In this document: piece by piece, positions 1 to 8,730 of the stretch
Layout of the letters: every line of letters starts with the position of its first letter
Numbering within the stretch: the stretch's first letter is position 1
DNA from: an uncultured Gemmatimonadales bacterium
GTDB lineage: Bacteria; Gemmatimonadota; Gemmatimonadetes; Gemmatimonadales; GWC2-71-9
Assembly: GCA_963730185.1 (NCBI GenBank)
Contig: CAVSQW010000012.1
Coordinates: 128,001 to 192,000, forward strand
Length of the DNA stretch: 64,000 bases
Direction: 5' to 3'
Translations under genes and position numbers: made by a program
The notes under the pieces: generated by a model
The model's input: only the letters and a program-made list of their open reading frames with translations
Told to the model about the DNA's origin: nothing
The model's database searches: none

Positions 1-1436
1 GCGAAGCGCTCGATGTCGGCTTCGCTCCACCCGGCGATGTCCCGGAACCGGTAGACTCCGCGGACGTTGAGGCGCCGGGCCAGGATCGGCCCAATCCCCT
101 TGATCGCCGTCAGGTCGTCGGCATCCGGCGCGGCGTGGCCGTTGGCGTGCCGACGGTGCCCGTTGCCGCCGTTGCCCCGCCGCGCGGCCACCCGGGCGGC
201 GAGGGCGTGCTCGAGCTCCCGCCGGCGCCGCTCCAGCCCGCCGACCAGCTGCTCGTTCTCGGTCGCGAGGCGGCGGAACCGCCGATCCCGATCGCGCCAT
301 TCGGCCCGGAGGGTTTCGACCTCGTGCGCCCGCCGGCCCTCGCGACCGAGGGCGTCGTCGCGCTCCCGCGCCGTCTGCGCCATCCGGCGCTCGAGGGCCG
401 CGATCCGCTGGTCGCGGTCGGCGATCTCAGGCTCGAGCCGTTCCAGGCCGGCGATCCGTGACCGGAGGATCCGGAGCGAGTTCTGGTGCTCCCGCTCGGC
501 GTCGACCAGGCGCCGCTCGGCTTCGTCGCGCTCGAAGAGCGCCGCGCGGAGCAGCGCCTCCCGATCCTCGAGCTGGCGAACCAACGAGTCGAGACGCTCC
601 ATCCGGGCCCGGAGGGAGCCGAGCTCCGCGTCCTTGGCGGCCACGTCGTCCTGGCGGGCCACCTCCTCCTGTCGGATCCGGGTGCGGGCGTCCCTGAGCT
701 CGGTCGCCATTCGCTCCGCTTCGACGGTGGCCGCGTCGCGCTCGGCGGCGAGGGCTTCCATTTCCCGGGTCAGGTCGTCGACCTGGGCGCCGAGCGCGTC
801 AGTCTCCCGCCGGGACCGAACGACCAGGGCGTTAGCGGCTCGGATCGCGGCCCGCTGGCCATCGAGCTCGCGCTGTCCCTCGTCCCGGGCGCGGTTCAGC
901 TGACCGTCGAGCGACTCCACCCGGGCAGCCAGGCGGGTCACTTCGGACTGGAGCCCGATCCGCAACCGATCGAGTTCGCCCACCCGCCGGGTCAGGGTCT
1001 CCCGCTCGCGCTCTGCCTCAGCGAGCTCCGCCTCCCGGGTGGCCAGCGTGTCGCGCAGGGGCGCCAGCTCGGCGACCTCCCGTTCCCGGGCGGCAAGGGT
1101 GTCGGTGGCCAGGTCGGCCTCCGCCCCAGCACGCTCGAGGCGATCGAGCGCCGTCCGGAGCTCCGCCGTCCGCTCATCGAGGGCGTGCCGGGAGGCCGAC
1201 AACCCGGCCTCTACGGTCCCGAGCCGGCTCCGGAGGGTCTTGATCTCGTCGCCCGACCGCGAGGTTTCCCGCCGGGCCACCTCGGCCGCCAACGTTTCGA
1301 CCTTGAGGCGGTCTTCCCAGAGCCGGGTCTGAAGGGCGTAGGCCCGACGGGAGTTGGCGCGGGCCACCAGCCAGCCGGCGCACGTGCCCAAGGCGAGCAG
1401 GGCGGCGAGGAGTCCCGCGACGACTTCAATCGGCAT
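1..1436 (-). CDS. Membrane-anchored coiled-coil protein with C-terminal helix-hairpin-helix (DUF4332/HHH_5-like) domain; runs off the window start
   Basis: Not in the ORF track because there is no stop in the window. Manual translation from ATG 1436 gives MPIEVVAGLLAALLALGTCAGWLVAR (TM segment), then a long E/R/A/L-rich helical region, then DDLTAIKGIGPILARRLNVRGVYRFRDIAGWSEADIERF in the same frame. Starts 3 nt after the amidohydrolase stop. Confidence 0.8.
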   Translation of the reverse strand, partial: MPIEVVAGLLAALLALGTCAGWLVARANSRRAYALQTRLWEDRLKVETLAAEVARRETSRSGDEIKTLRSRLGTVEAGLSASRHALDERTAELRTALDRLERAGAEADLATDTLAAREREVAELAPLRDTLATREAELAEAERERETLTRRVGELDRLRIGLQSEVTRLAARVESLDGQLNRARDEGQRELDGQRAAIRAANALVVRSRRETDALGAQVDDLTREMEALAAERDAATVEAERMATELRDARTRIRQEEVARQDDVAAKDAELGSLRARMERLDSLVRQLEDREALLRAALFERDEAERRLVDAEREHQNSLRILRSRIAGLERLEPEIADRDQRIAALERRMAQTARERDDALGREGRRAHEVETLRAEWRDRDRRFRRLATENEQLVGGLERRRRELEHALAARVAARRGNGGNGHRRHANGHAAPDADDLTAIKGIGPILARRLNVRGVYRFRDIAGWSEADIERF

Positions 1437-1439
1437 GGC

Positions 1440-2693
1440 TCATCGCAGTCCGGGTCGTTGGGCCAGGGTCTGGTCGTCGTGGACCACGCGGCCGGCCTTC
1501 ATCACCAGCAGAACCCGTTGGAGGGCGGTGATGTCATCGAGCGGGTTGCCGTCGACCACGATCAGGTCGGCCTGCATCCCGGGCTCGATGGCGCCGATCC
1601 GATCGGCGAGCCCCAAGGCGGTCGCGTTGGTGGACGTGGCCGCGACGATCGCGTCCATCGCCTTCTGCCCCGCCTGGCGGACCCGGCAGACGAGGTCTTC
1701 GGCGTTGTGCCCGTGGGCGCCGGCCACGGCGTCGGTCCCGAAGACCAGCTTGAGGTCGGGCGTCGCCAGCGCCTGGCGGATCACGGCCACCGCCACCGGG
1801 ATGGCCTGCTCCATGGCCTCGAATCCCTCGGCGGTGAAGTTCCCGATCCCCTGGAACCAGTTCCGGTGGTCGAGGTAGTTCCGAAAGATCAGCGAGCACT
1901 GAGGATCGAAATAGGTCCCTCGCTGGGCCATCAGCCGGAGCACTTCGGGGGTGGCAAAGACCCCGTGCTCGACCTGATCGCAGCCCGCCAGGGTGACGGC
2001 CTGCATGCTCGCGGCACTGTGGGCGTGGACCACGGTGCGCAGACCCTGGGCATGCGCTTCCCCGCACAGGGCCTGGAGCTGCGCGTCGCTCATCGTCTGC
2101 GCCCCGCCGTCCCGAATGCTTTTCGACGCGAAGATCTTGATCAGGTCGGCGCCGGCCCGGGCCCGGGCCCGGACCAGCTCCCGGAGCGAGTCGGGCGAGA
2201 GCGAGGCGTCGGCGATCGGGTCGAGCGACGTCAGGATCCGAGGGCCGGTCAGACCGCCGTCGGCGATCCAGTCGCGGAGGTCCCGGTCATCGGCCGAGCC
2301 GACGCTCTGCACCGTGGTGAAGCCGGCCGCCAGAGTGCGGGCGGCATTGGCCGCCTCGGAGAGCGCGACCTGGGCGGGGGTATCGCCGTCGCGACCGGTG
2401 TGCATCCGGCCGGCCCGGTTCACGTAGGCGGTGATATGGACGTGGACGTCGATCAGACCCGGGAGGAGCGTCGCGTCGTCGAAGCGGAAGGTCGGGTGCT
2501 CGATCGGTCGCGGCTCGAGCCGAAGGATCCGACTTCGATCCACGAAGACGGTGACGTGCCGCATCTGGCCACCCCGCCCGTCGAACAGGCGATCGACGAC
2601 GATGGTGACCGGCTGGTCGCGTCGCTGCGCCGCGAGCGGCGGTGCCAGCAGCGCGACGGCCGCGAGCAGGGCGAAGGGGCGAACGGTGCGCAT
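1440..2693 (-). CDS. Secreted metal-dependent amidohydrolase (imidazolonepropionase/Xaa-Pro dipeptidase-like)
   Basis: LLPGLIDVHVHI (HxH), IKIFAS, VHAH, VEHG, FGTDA, GAIEPGMQADLIVVDGNPL; signal peptide ending LAAQ. ATG 2693 preferred over TTG 2705. Confidence 0.85.
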   Translation of the reverse strand: MRTVRPFALLAAVALLAPPLAAQRRDQPVTIVVDRLFDGRGGQMRHVTVFVDRSRILRLEPRPIEHPTFRFDDATLLPGLIDVHVHITAYVNRAGRMHTGRDGDTPAQVALSEAANAARTLAAGFTTVQSVGSADDRDLRDWIADGGLTGPRILTSLDPIADASLSPDSLRELVRARARAGADLIKIFASKSIRDGGAQTMSDAQLQALCGEAHAQGLRTVVHAHSAASMQAVTLAGCDQVEHGVFATPEVLRLMAQRGTYFDPQCSLIFRNYLDHRNWFQGIGNFTAEGFEAMEQAIPVAVAVIRQALATPDLKLVFGTDAVAGAHGHNAEDLVCRVRQAGQKAMDAIVAATSTNATALGLADRIGAIEPGMQADLIVVDGNPLDDITALQRVLLVMKAGRVVHDDQTLAQRPGLR

Positions 2694-2852
2694 CCGAAGT
2701 CTCAACGTAACGTAAGCTCGTCACGGCAACCACGACCAGTCGACCTCCGGGCCGGTGCTCCGGCGACGCCGCGTGCGGCGGAAGGACGAGGAGGCAAGCG
2801 CTCCGTCGCCCCCGACCGGAGCCCCTGCTCTATCGAGCGGCCGGCGGAAGGA

Positions 2853-4292
2853 TCAGAACTGGCCCCAGAGGTACTGGTTGGTCACCTCATGATGGAACTG
2901 AATCTCGGGCACCTTGATCAGGGACCCGAGCGCCTTGGGGCAACGCTCCGCGGACGCCAGCTTGAGGTCGGCGTACTTCTTGTGGACCGGATCGCCGAGC
3001 AGGTCCGCCGCGTACTTGGAGCTCTTGAACAGCCGGATGGCGTCGAAGACGTTGTCGGGCAGGAACTTGGTTCGATCCCGCTTCTTGTCGCCGTTGTCCC
3101 GGTCGATCGGCCCCTCAAGGCCGGTCCGAATCAAGGAGTAGATGGCCAGGTAGGGGTTGGCGTCGGGCCCGATCGACCGGACCTCGATCCGGGCCGACTT
3201 CTCGTTGCCGATCGGGATCCGGACCATCGACCCCCGGTCGACGGCGGAGGCCTTGATCTGGTTCGGAGCCTCGAAATGGGGATCCAGCCGCCGGTAGGCG
3301 TTCACGCTCGGGTTGAGCACCAGACAGAGCTCCTGACCGCTGCTCAGAATCCGGTCGATGAACTTCCACCCCATCTTGGACAGCCTGTCCTGTCCCTTGG
3401 CGTCGTAGAAGAGGTTCTTGCCCTTCTGGCTGACCGACAGGTTGGTGTGCATGCCGGAGCCGTTGACGCCGGTCACCGGCTTCGGCAGGAAGCTGGCGGT
3501 CATGTCCATCTTCGCGGCCACCTGGCGGCAGACGAGCTTGTAGAGCAGCACCTGGTCGGCGGCGATGCTGGCCTCGGTGTAGCCGTAGTTCATCTCGAAC
3601 TGCGACGGCGCCACCTCGGGGTGGTCCTTCTCGTTGCCGAAGCCCATGGCCCGCTGGACCTCGGCCGCGGTGTCGATGAAGCGGCGGAGGAGGTCACCGG
3701 GCAGCGAGTGGTAGTAGCCGCCGGTGGACGGGAACTCGAACTTCCGGGTCTCGTGGTAGCGGCGCTCGGCGTCCCGGCCGGCGAAGAGGAAGCCCTCGAT
3801 CTCGTTGGCGGCATTGCAGGTATATCCCTGCTTCCGGTAGAGCTGATCGAGGTAGGCCTTGAGACGGGCCCGAAGATCGCCGACGTAGGGGGTGCCGTCC
3901 TTCTCGAGCACCTCACCGAAGACCAGCACCTTGCCGGGCCCGAAGACGTCGGACGGCATCCAGTAGAAGGCCGGCCAATCGATCCCCAGCCGCAGGTCGG
4001 ACTCCGACTGGGCCGAGAAGCCTCGGATGGACGATCCGTCGAAGGTCAGATTGTCGGCCGTCTTGAGGAGGAACTTCTTGTCGTAATCGAGCACGTGGAG
4101 CCGGCCCTCGAGGTCGGCGAAGCAGACGGTCACGGCTTTGATCCGCTTTTCATCGGCGAGGTACTTCATCCGCGCCTCGCGGACCTTGTCGGGCGAGGTC
4201 CGGGCCAGGCGCTGGGCCTTGGCCTCGAGGTTCATCTCTTCGAGCTGGTCGTACGGGATCTCCAGGAAGTCGCGGAGGGGGGAGCCGTCCAT
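2853..4292 (-). CDS. glnA: Glutamine synthetase, type I
   Basis: FDGSSIRGF..ESDL, ANEIEGFLF, GGYYH, HPEVAPSQFE, FLPKP..GVNGSGMHTNLS, NAYRRLDPHFEAP, RIEVRS..PDANPYLA. Confidence 0.92.
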   Translation of the reverse strand: MDGSPLRDFLEIPYDQLEEMNLEAKAQRLARTSPDKVREARMKYLADEKRIKAVTVCFADLEGRLHVLDYDKKFLLKTADNLTFDGSSIRGFSAQSESDLRLGIDWPAFYWMPSDVFGPGKVLVFGEVLEKDGTPYVGDLRARLKAYLDQLYRKQGYTCNAANEIEGFLFAGRDAERRYHETRKFEFPSTGGYYHSLPGDLLRRFIDTAAEVQRAMGFGNEKDHPEVAPSQFEMNYGYTEASIAADQVLLYKLVCRQVAAKMDMTASFLPKPVTGVNGSGMHTNLSVSQKGKNLFYDAKGQDRLSKMGWKFIDRILSSGQELCLVLNPSVNAYRRLDPHFEAPNQIKASAVDRGSMVRIPIGNEKSARIEVRSIGPDANPYLAIYSLIRTGLEGPIDRDNGDKKRDRTKFLPDNVFDAIRLFKSSKYAADLLGDPVHKKYADLKLASAERCPKALGSLIKVPEIQFHHEVTNQYLWGQF

Positions 4293-4348
4293 GGGGGCCT
4301 CGATTTTCGCTAGTTGCTGCGCAGAATAGCCAACGGATATGGCGCGCT

Positions 4349-4376
4349 AATATAGTTGTCGCATGATTTAAGTCAA
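4349..4376 (-). promoter_or_regulatory. Sigma70-like promoter of glnA (TTGACT-N16-TATATT)
   Basis: Lies in an AT-rich island within GC-rich DNA. A GATTT-N5-AAATC inverted repeat (4365-4379) overlaps the -35 box. Confidence 0.6.
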
Positions 4377-4480
4377 ATCGGCACAAATTTACACTAAATC
4401 CGACTATGGATGAGGACGAGAGTCGGTCGCGACCCCGGGGGGAGCGGGCGGGCACCGACTACCTTTCGGCCAGCCTCCAA

Positions 4481-4864
4481 ATGGAGATCGCGATGCCCCC
4501 GAAGCTCAGCAGCAGGCAGCTCACCAAGTTGGCGATCCTGGAGACGTTTCCGGCGAAATTCGATCACATCCATCGGGCCATCGAGGAGCTGGGGACACTC
4601 CGTGTCGACGAGTCGCTGGTGCGCCGGCTGGCTCGGATGTTGGACGAGATGAAAGCGGGGGCCGCGTCGATCGGCGAGGGGGCACTGGCCGAGACGCTGG
4701 GCATCATGGGGACCTTGGCCCGCCGGGGGGGCGGGCATCAGATGAAGATGCGGGGGCTTCGGGAATCGTTCGGCTCCCTCAAGACCAACTTCGAGGGAGC
4801 CATGAAGGCGGCGACCCGGGAGGAGACGGCCGCGGAGGAGGAGGAGCCTACCGCTTCTCCTTGA
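4481..4864 (+). CDS. Hypothetical all-helical protein (weak HPt-like pattern)
   Basis: ORF 4406..4864 with coding-like composition; start uncertain (4406, 4481 or 4493). Confidence 0.65.
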   Translation: MEIAMPPKLSSRQLTKLAILETFPAKFDHIHRAIEELGTLRVDESLVRRLARMLDEMKAGAASIGEGALAETLGIMGTLARRGGGHQMKMRGLRESFGSLKTNFEGAMKAATREETAAEEEEPTASP

Positions 4865-5006
4865 GCAGCTTGTCGACGATGGGCCCGGAGATGAGGGTGA
4901 CCATCGAGTTGACCAGGACGCCGATGAGGAGCGTAACGAAGGTCAGGGCGCAGAGGATCATCCCCGCCCCGAGCCCCGCAAAGACCCGCCACAAGAGTTG
5001 CGACAT
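4848..5006 (-). CDS. Small hydrophobic membrane protein, 52 aa
   Basis: Manual translation MSQLLWRVFAGLGAGMILCALTFVTLLIGVLVNSMVTLISGPIVDKLLKEKR*; mostly G/C third positions; below the ORF track length cutoff. Confidence 0.6.
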   Translation of the reverse strand: MSQLLWRVFAGLGAGMILCALTFVTLLIGVLVNSMVTLISGPIVDKLLKEKR

Positions 5007-5110
5007 TGGTACCGGCCTGGTCCGGATGAGTCGTGAGCCCTTATTCTACAGTGACGTGCCCTCCCCGGGCAACCGAAGCCGTCCCCCCTGGGTTTTTGGA
5101 GGTTCCGACC

Positions 5111-5707
5111 ATGATTCGACGCATCGTCCCCCTGCTCCTGCTATCGGCCGCCCCGGCTCTGTACGCCCAGGGCCTTCCCTCCGGTTGGATGGCCCGTCCC
5201 GACCGGGGTGACGCCTCGGGTGTGCATTTCATCACCATGGGGCCGGGCTTCCACGTCCATCCGGGCACCGCCGCCGTGCTCTATCGGGAGAGCGACAAGG
5301 TCACCGGAAAATTCCACGCGGTCGTGAAGTTCGTGCAGACCAAGGCGCCGACCCATCCCGAGGGCTACGGCATGTTCTTCGGCGGGTCGGACCTCCAGGG
5401 GCCGAACCAGAAGTACACCTACTTCCTGGTCCGCGGCGACGGGAAGTACCTGGTCAAGACGCGCGAAGGCGACGAGACCTCGAGCGTGGTCGGGTGGACG
5501 GACTCCGACGCGATCGCCAAACAGGACGCCGACGGCCAGTGCACCAACACCGTCGAGATCGACGCGACCGGCGCCAAAGTCGCCTTCAAGGTGAATGGGA
5601 AGACGGTCTACGAGATGGACGCCCCGAGCCGCGACGGGATCGTTGGGCTCCGGGTGAATCATAACCTTGACTTGCATCTGGACGGCTTTGGCGTCCACCA
5701 GATGTGA
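5111..5707 (+). CDS. Secreted beta-rich hypothetical protein (possibly ConA-like/DUF1080-like fold)
   Basis: GGAGGT RBS before ATG 5111; signal peptide MIRRIVPLLLLSAAPALYAQ; beta-strand-rich sequence ending DGIVGLRVNHNLDLHLDGF. Confidence 0.75.
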   Translation: MIRRIVPLLLLSAAPALYAQGLPSGWMARPDRGDASGVHFITMGPGFHVHPGTAAVLYRESDKVTGKFHAVVKFVQTKAPTHPEGYGMFFGGSDLQGPNQKYTYFLVRGDGKYLVKTREGDETSSVVGWTDSDAIAKQDADGQCTNTVEIDATGAKVAFKVNGKTVYEMDAPSRDGIVGLRVNHNLDLHLDGFGVHQM

Positions 5708-5909
5708 GGTAGGGATTAGTGAGTTGGGAGTCGTGATTAGGGAGTGAGTGGTGAGTGGGCGATAGTGTTTTCACGGACGCCTGGTCACGACTCGCTCCCC
5801 GATCGCCACTCACGGGCCTCCTCCTCCGCACCTACTCACGACCTACTCCCAACTCCCTCCCTATTCACCACTCCCGAATCCCAATTCACCACTCCGACTC
5901 CCTAATCAC
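5708..5909. repeat. Degenerate heptamer repeats arranged as nested inverted repeats between convergent genes
   Basis: G-rich left arm and C-rich right arm. Exact complements: GTGATTAGGGAGT (5733-5745) with ACTCCCTAATCAC (5897-5909), and GAGTTGGGAGT (5721-5731) with ACTCCCAACTC (5845-5855). 7-nt period cctattc/accactc/ccgaatc/ccaattc/accactc. Confidence 0.75.
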
Positions 5910-7035
5910 TCGCTTTGATCTCCGTCCAGATTCGATCCCAGAGCGCCGTGTCTCTCCCCAGATCTCTCTGGTACTCGAGTCGGGCCAGCTCCTCGTCCGA
6001 CGGGTAGGCCATCTTCGCCTTGGTGAGCGGCACTGCGGCGTGGTTGGGCGTGCCGTAGCCGGTCTTGTCGGCGATCCGGGCGGCCACCTCGGGACGGAGG
6101 ACGTAGTTCATGAACTCGTGGGCCGCCCGCGGGTGATCGGCGGTCCGCGGCAAGACCATCGCGTCGACGAAGATCATGCTGCCCTCTTTCGGCAGGGCGA
6201 ACTCGATCGCCGGTTGCTCGGCCCGGGCCTGCGCGGCGTCGCCGTTCCAGAGCTGCGAGATCCAGACGTCGCCGGTGATCAGCTGGCCTTTGACGGTCGC
6301 GGAGATGAAGGCCCGGAGATTGGCCTTGGCGGCAATGGCGTCGGTACGGGCCTGGGCGAGCTCGGACGGGTCGACCGAGTTGAGCGAGTGGCCCCGGTAC
6401 GTGAGGAACGCCCCGATCACGTCGCGCAGGTCGTCCAGCATGGTCATCTTGCCGGCGTAGGTCGGATCGAGAAAGATCTCCCAGCTGTCCGGCGCCTGGG
6501 CCACCCGGTCGCGCCGCCAGGCGATGCCGGTCATGCCCCATTGGTACGGCACCGAATGTTCGTTGCCGCGGTCCCAGACCGGATCGCGGAACAGGGGCGC
6601 GACGTTGTCCCAGTTGGTGAGGTACTTCCGGTTGAGCGGCGCCACCAGGTCGTTGGCGAAGAGGACCGGAAAGACGTAGCTCGACGGCACGACCACGTCG
6701 TAGCCGCTGGCGCCGGCCAGCAGCTTGGCCACCATGTCCTCGTTGCTCTCGTAGGTGTCGACCACCACCTTGACGTTGAACTCGCGCTCGAAGTCGGGAA
6801 CGGTGCGGTCGGCGAGGTAATCCGACCAGATGTATATGTTGAGCCGGTCTTCGATCGGGCCCAGGTCGCCGCCGGCCCTGGCCGGCGGCCGCTTTCCGCC
6901 GCAGGCCTCGAGCACCAGGCCCAGGAGGCCAACCCCCGCCCCGGCCTTCAGTCCAGCTGCGACGAAGGTCCGACGGTCGATGGTCCCCCGTCGGAGCCCG
7001 TTCAACAGGCGGTCGAGACTGGAGGTGTCGGTCAT
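5902..7035 (-). CDS. potD: Spermidine/putrescine ABC transporter substrate-binding protein
   Basis: Tat-like RRTFV and lipobox-like LEAC; LNIYIWSDY, YESNE, YDVVVPSSY, PYQWGMTGI, WNGD, PKEGS, WTEIK. Confidence 0.9.
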   Translation of the reverse strand: MTDTSSLDRLLNGLRRGTIDRRTFVAAGLKAGAGVGLLGLVLEACGGKRPPARAGGDLGPIEDRLNIYIWSDYLADRTVPDFEREFNVKVVVDTYESNEDMVAKLLAGASGYDVVVPSSYVFPVLFANDLVAPLNRKYLTNWDNVAPLFRDPVWDRGNEHSVPYQWGMTGIAWRRDRVAQAPDSWEIFLDPTYAGKMTMLDDLRDVIGAFLTYRGHSLNSVDPSELAQARTDAIAAKANLRAFISATVKGQLITGDVWISQLWNGDAAQARAEQPAIEFALPKEGSMIFVDAMVLPRTADHPRAAHEFMNYVLRPEVAARIADKTGYGTPNHAAVPLTKAKMAYPSDEELARLEYQRDLGRDTALWDRIWTEIKASD

Positions 7036-7063
7036 CGGCAGACCTCGGCGCTGGAAGAGACGG

Positions 7064-7852
7064 TCAGCGGGCGGCGAGCGGGTGGTCGGCGCGGAACCGA
7101 TCGGCCAGGTAGAGCAGCACCGCCGTTACCAGCACGATAATGGTGCTGACCGCATTGACGCTGGGCTCGATGTTCCGTCGCACCATCCCGTAGACCACCA
7201 CCGGGAGGGTCGACGACCCGGATCCGGCCACGAACGAGGTGATGACGTAGTCGTCGAACGACATCGTGAAGGCCAGCAGGGCGCCGGCCACGATCCCGGG
7301 CGCGAGCTGCGGCAAGGTAACCTTCCAGAAAGCGCTCCACTCGTCGGCCCCGAGGATCAACGCCGCCTCCTCGAGGCTCCGATCCATGCCCCGAAGACGG
7401 GCACCCACCACCACGGTCACGAACGAGATGCAGAAGGCCACATGGGCCACGGTGATGGTGCCCAGCCCGAGCGGCACCCCGACCAGGGCGAACAAGCTGA
7501 GGAGCGAGATCCCCATGATGATCTCGGGGGTGACCAGGGGCAGATAGAGGAGGCTCTCCACGGCCTGGCGGCCCCGGAACCGAAGGCGCGCCAGCGCCAG
7601 CGCCATCAAGGTCCCCAGGGCCGTCGACACCGCCGTGGCCACCAGGCCGACGACCAGACTCCGCCCCAACCCGGCCAGAATGTCGTCTCGGGTCAGGAGC
7701 CGCCGATACCATTCCAGCGTGAAGCCGGTCCAGCTGACCGAGAACTTCGAGCGGTTGAACGAGAACACCGCCAGGGCGACGACCGGGGCATGGAGGAAGA
7801 GATACACCAGGGTCGCCAGGGCGGCGACCCACCGAGGCACCCGGCGGGTCAC
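7064..7852 (-). CDS. potC: Polyamine ABC transporter permease
   Basis: GTG 7852 overlaps the potB stop; FTLEWY, PEII, EAA loop LEEAALILGA, SFDDYVIT, PSVNA. Confidence 0.9.
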   Translation of the reverse strand: MTRRVPRWVAALATLVYLFLHAPVVALAVFSFNRSKFSVSWTGFTLEWYRRLLTRDDILAGLGRSLVVGLVATAVSTALGTLMALALARLRFRGRQAVESLLYLPLVTPEIIMGISLLSLFALVGVPLGLGTITVAHVAFCISFVTVVVGARLRGMDRSLEEAALILGADEWSAFWKVTLPQLAPGIVAGALLAFTMSFDDYVITSFVAGSGSSTLPVVVYGMVRRNIEPSVNAVSTIIVLVTAVLLYLADRFRADHPLAAR

Positions 7853-8730
7853 GAGATCTCCACCTCGCCCAGGTCCCGCCGGCGGAGATAGGCCAGCACG
7901 GGCACGAGCACCAGGATCATCAGCACGAAGGACGCCGCCGAGCCGAACGGCCAGTCCCGCGCCACCGTGAACTGATTCTGGATCAGGTTGCCGATCATCA
8001 CCTGCTTGGCCCCGCCCAGCAGGTCGCTGGTGACGAATGAGCCCAGCGCCGGGATGAAGACCAGGAGCGATCCCGCCACCACGCCGGGCATCGAGAGCGG
8101 CAGGATGACCCTGGTGAACCGGGCCCAGGGCCGGGCGCCCAGCACTTCCGCCGCTTCGAGCAGGGCGTCGTCGAGCTTCTCCAGCGAGGCATAGATCGGG
8201 AGAATCATCAGGGGCAGGAAGCCATAGACCAGCCCGAGGACGACGGCGAAGGGCGTGTACAGCATCGCGATCGGCCGGTCGATCAGACCCACCGCCTGCA
8301 ACACCGTGTTGACAAAGCCGGTGTCGCGGAGGAGGAAGATCATCGCGAACATCCGGACCAGGAAGCTGGTCCAGAACGGCAAGACCACGAGAAAGAGGAG
8401 CCGCGACCGCCACCGGCCGGCCCGGGCGATGCAAAACGCGACCGGATAGCCGAGCCCGAGGCAGAGGGCCGTGCAAGCGAGCGACCAGAGCAGTGTTCGC
8501 CGGAGAATGCCGAGGTAGAGGGGATCGAAGAAGCGGCGATACTGCCGGGTAGTGAGCTCGGCGATCACGCCGCCGTAGGTGCCGCGCTCCATGAGGCTGT
8601 AGGCGAGCATGATCGCGATCGGGACGGCGAAGAAGAGGAGGAGCCAGAGCGCTCCCGGTCCCAGCAGCGCGATCCCGCGCGCGCCCGGCCGCCCGGCGAA
8701 CCATCCGAGGAGGCGGCGGCGCCGGCTCAC
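7849..8730 (-). CDS. potB: Polyamine ABC transporter permease
   Basis: GTG 8730 overlaps the potA stop; LPFWTSFLVR, LLEAAEVLGA, FIPALGSF, RDWPFGSA. Confidence 0.9.
   Translation of the reverse strand: MSRRRRLLGWFAGRPGARGIALLGPGALWLLLFFAVPIAIMLAYSLMERGTYGGVIAELTTRQYRRFFDPLYLGILRRTLLWSLACTALCLGLGYPVAFCIARAGRWRSRLLFLVVLPFWTSFLVRMFAMIFLLRDTGFVNTVLQAVGLIDRPIAMLYTPFAVVLGLVYGFLPLMILPIYASLEKLDDALLEAAEVLGARPWARFTRVILPLSMPGVVAGSLLVFIPALGSFVTSDLLGGAKQVMIGNLIQNQFTVARDWPFGSAASFVLMILVLVPVLAYLRRRDLGEVEIS

Noticed and set aside
2706..2852. Intergenic GC-rich stems and an 11-bp direct repeat (CGGCGGAAGGA) as an ncRNA or riboswitch
   Set aside because: No recognizable RNA family motif; compatible with chance at this GC content.
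2853..4292. GlnA as a gamma-glutamyl-polyamine synthetase because of the nearby pot/gabT genes
   Set aside because: Ammonium-site motifs of true GS (DGSS..ESD, GYY, FEAP flap Glu) are retained, and the gene is not in the pot operon.
486..4313. 1275-aa plus-strand ORF and other long antisense ORFs (e.g. 19287..21035, 44286..46703, 51169..53004)
   Set aside because: Shadow frames opposite well-supported genes; expected in high-GC DNA with few stop codons; no recognizable motifs.
5755..5901. ORF segment with PIHHS repeats
   Set aside because: Translation of the heptamer repeat; the rest of the ORF is antisense to potD.
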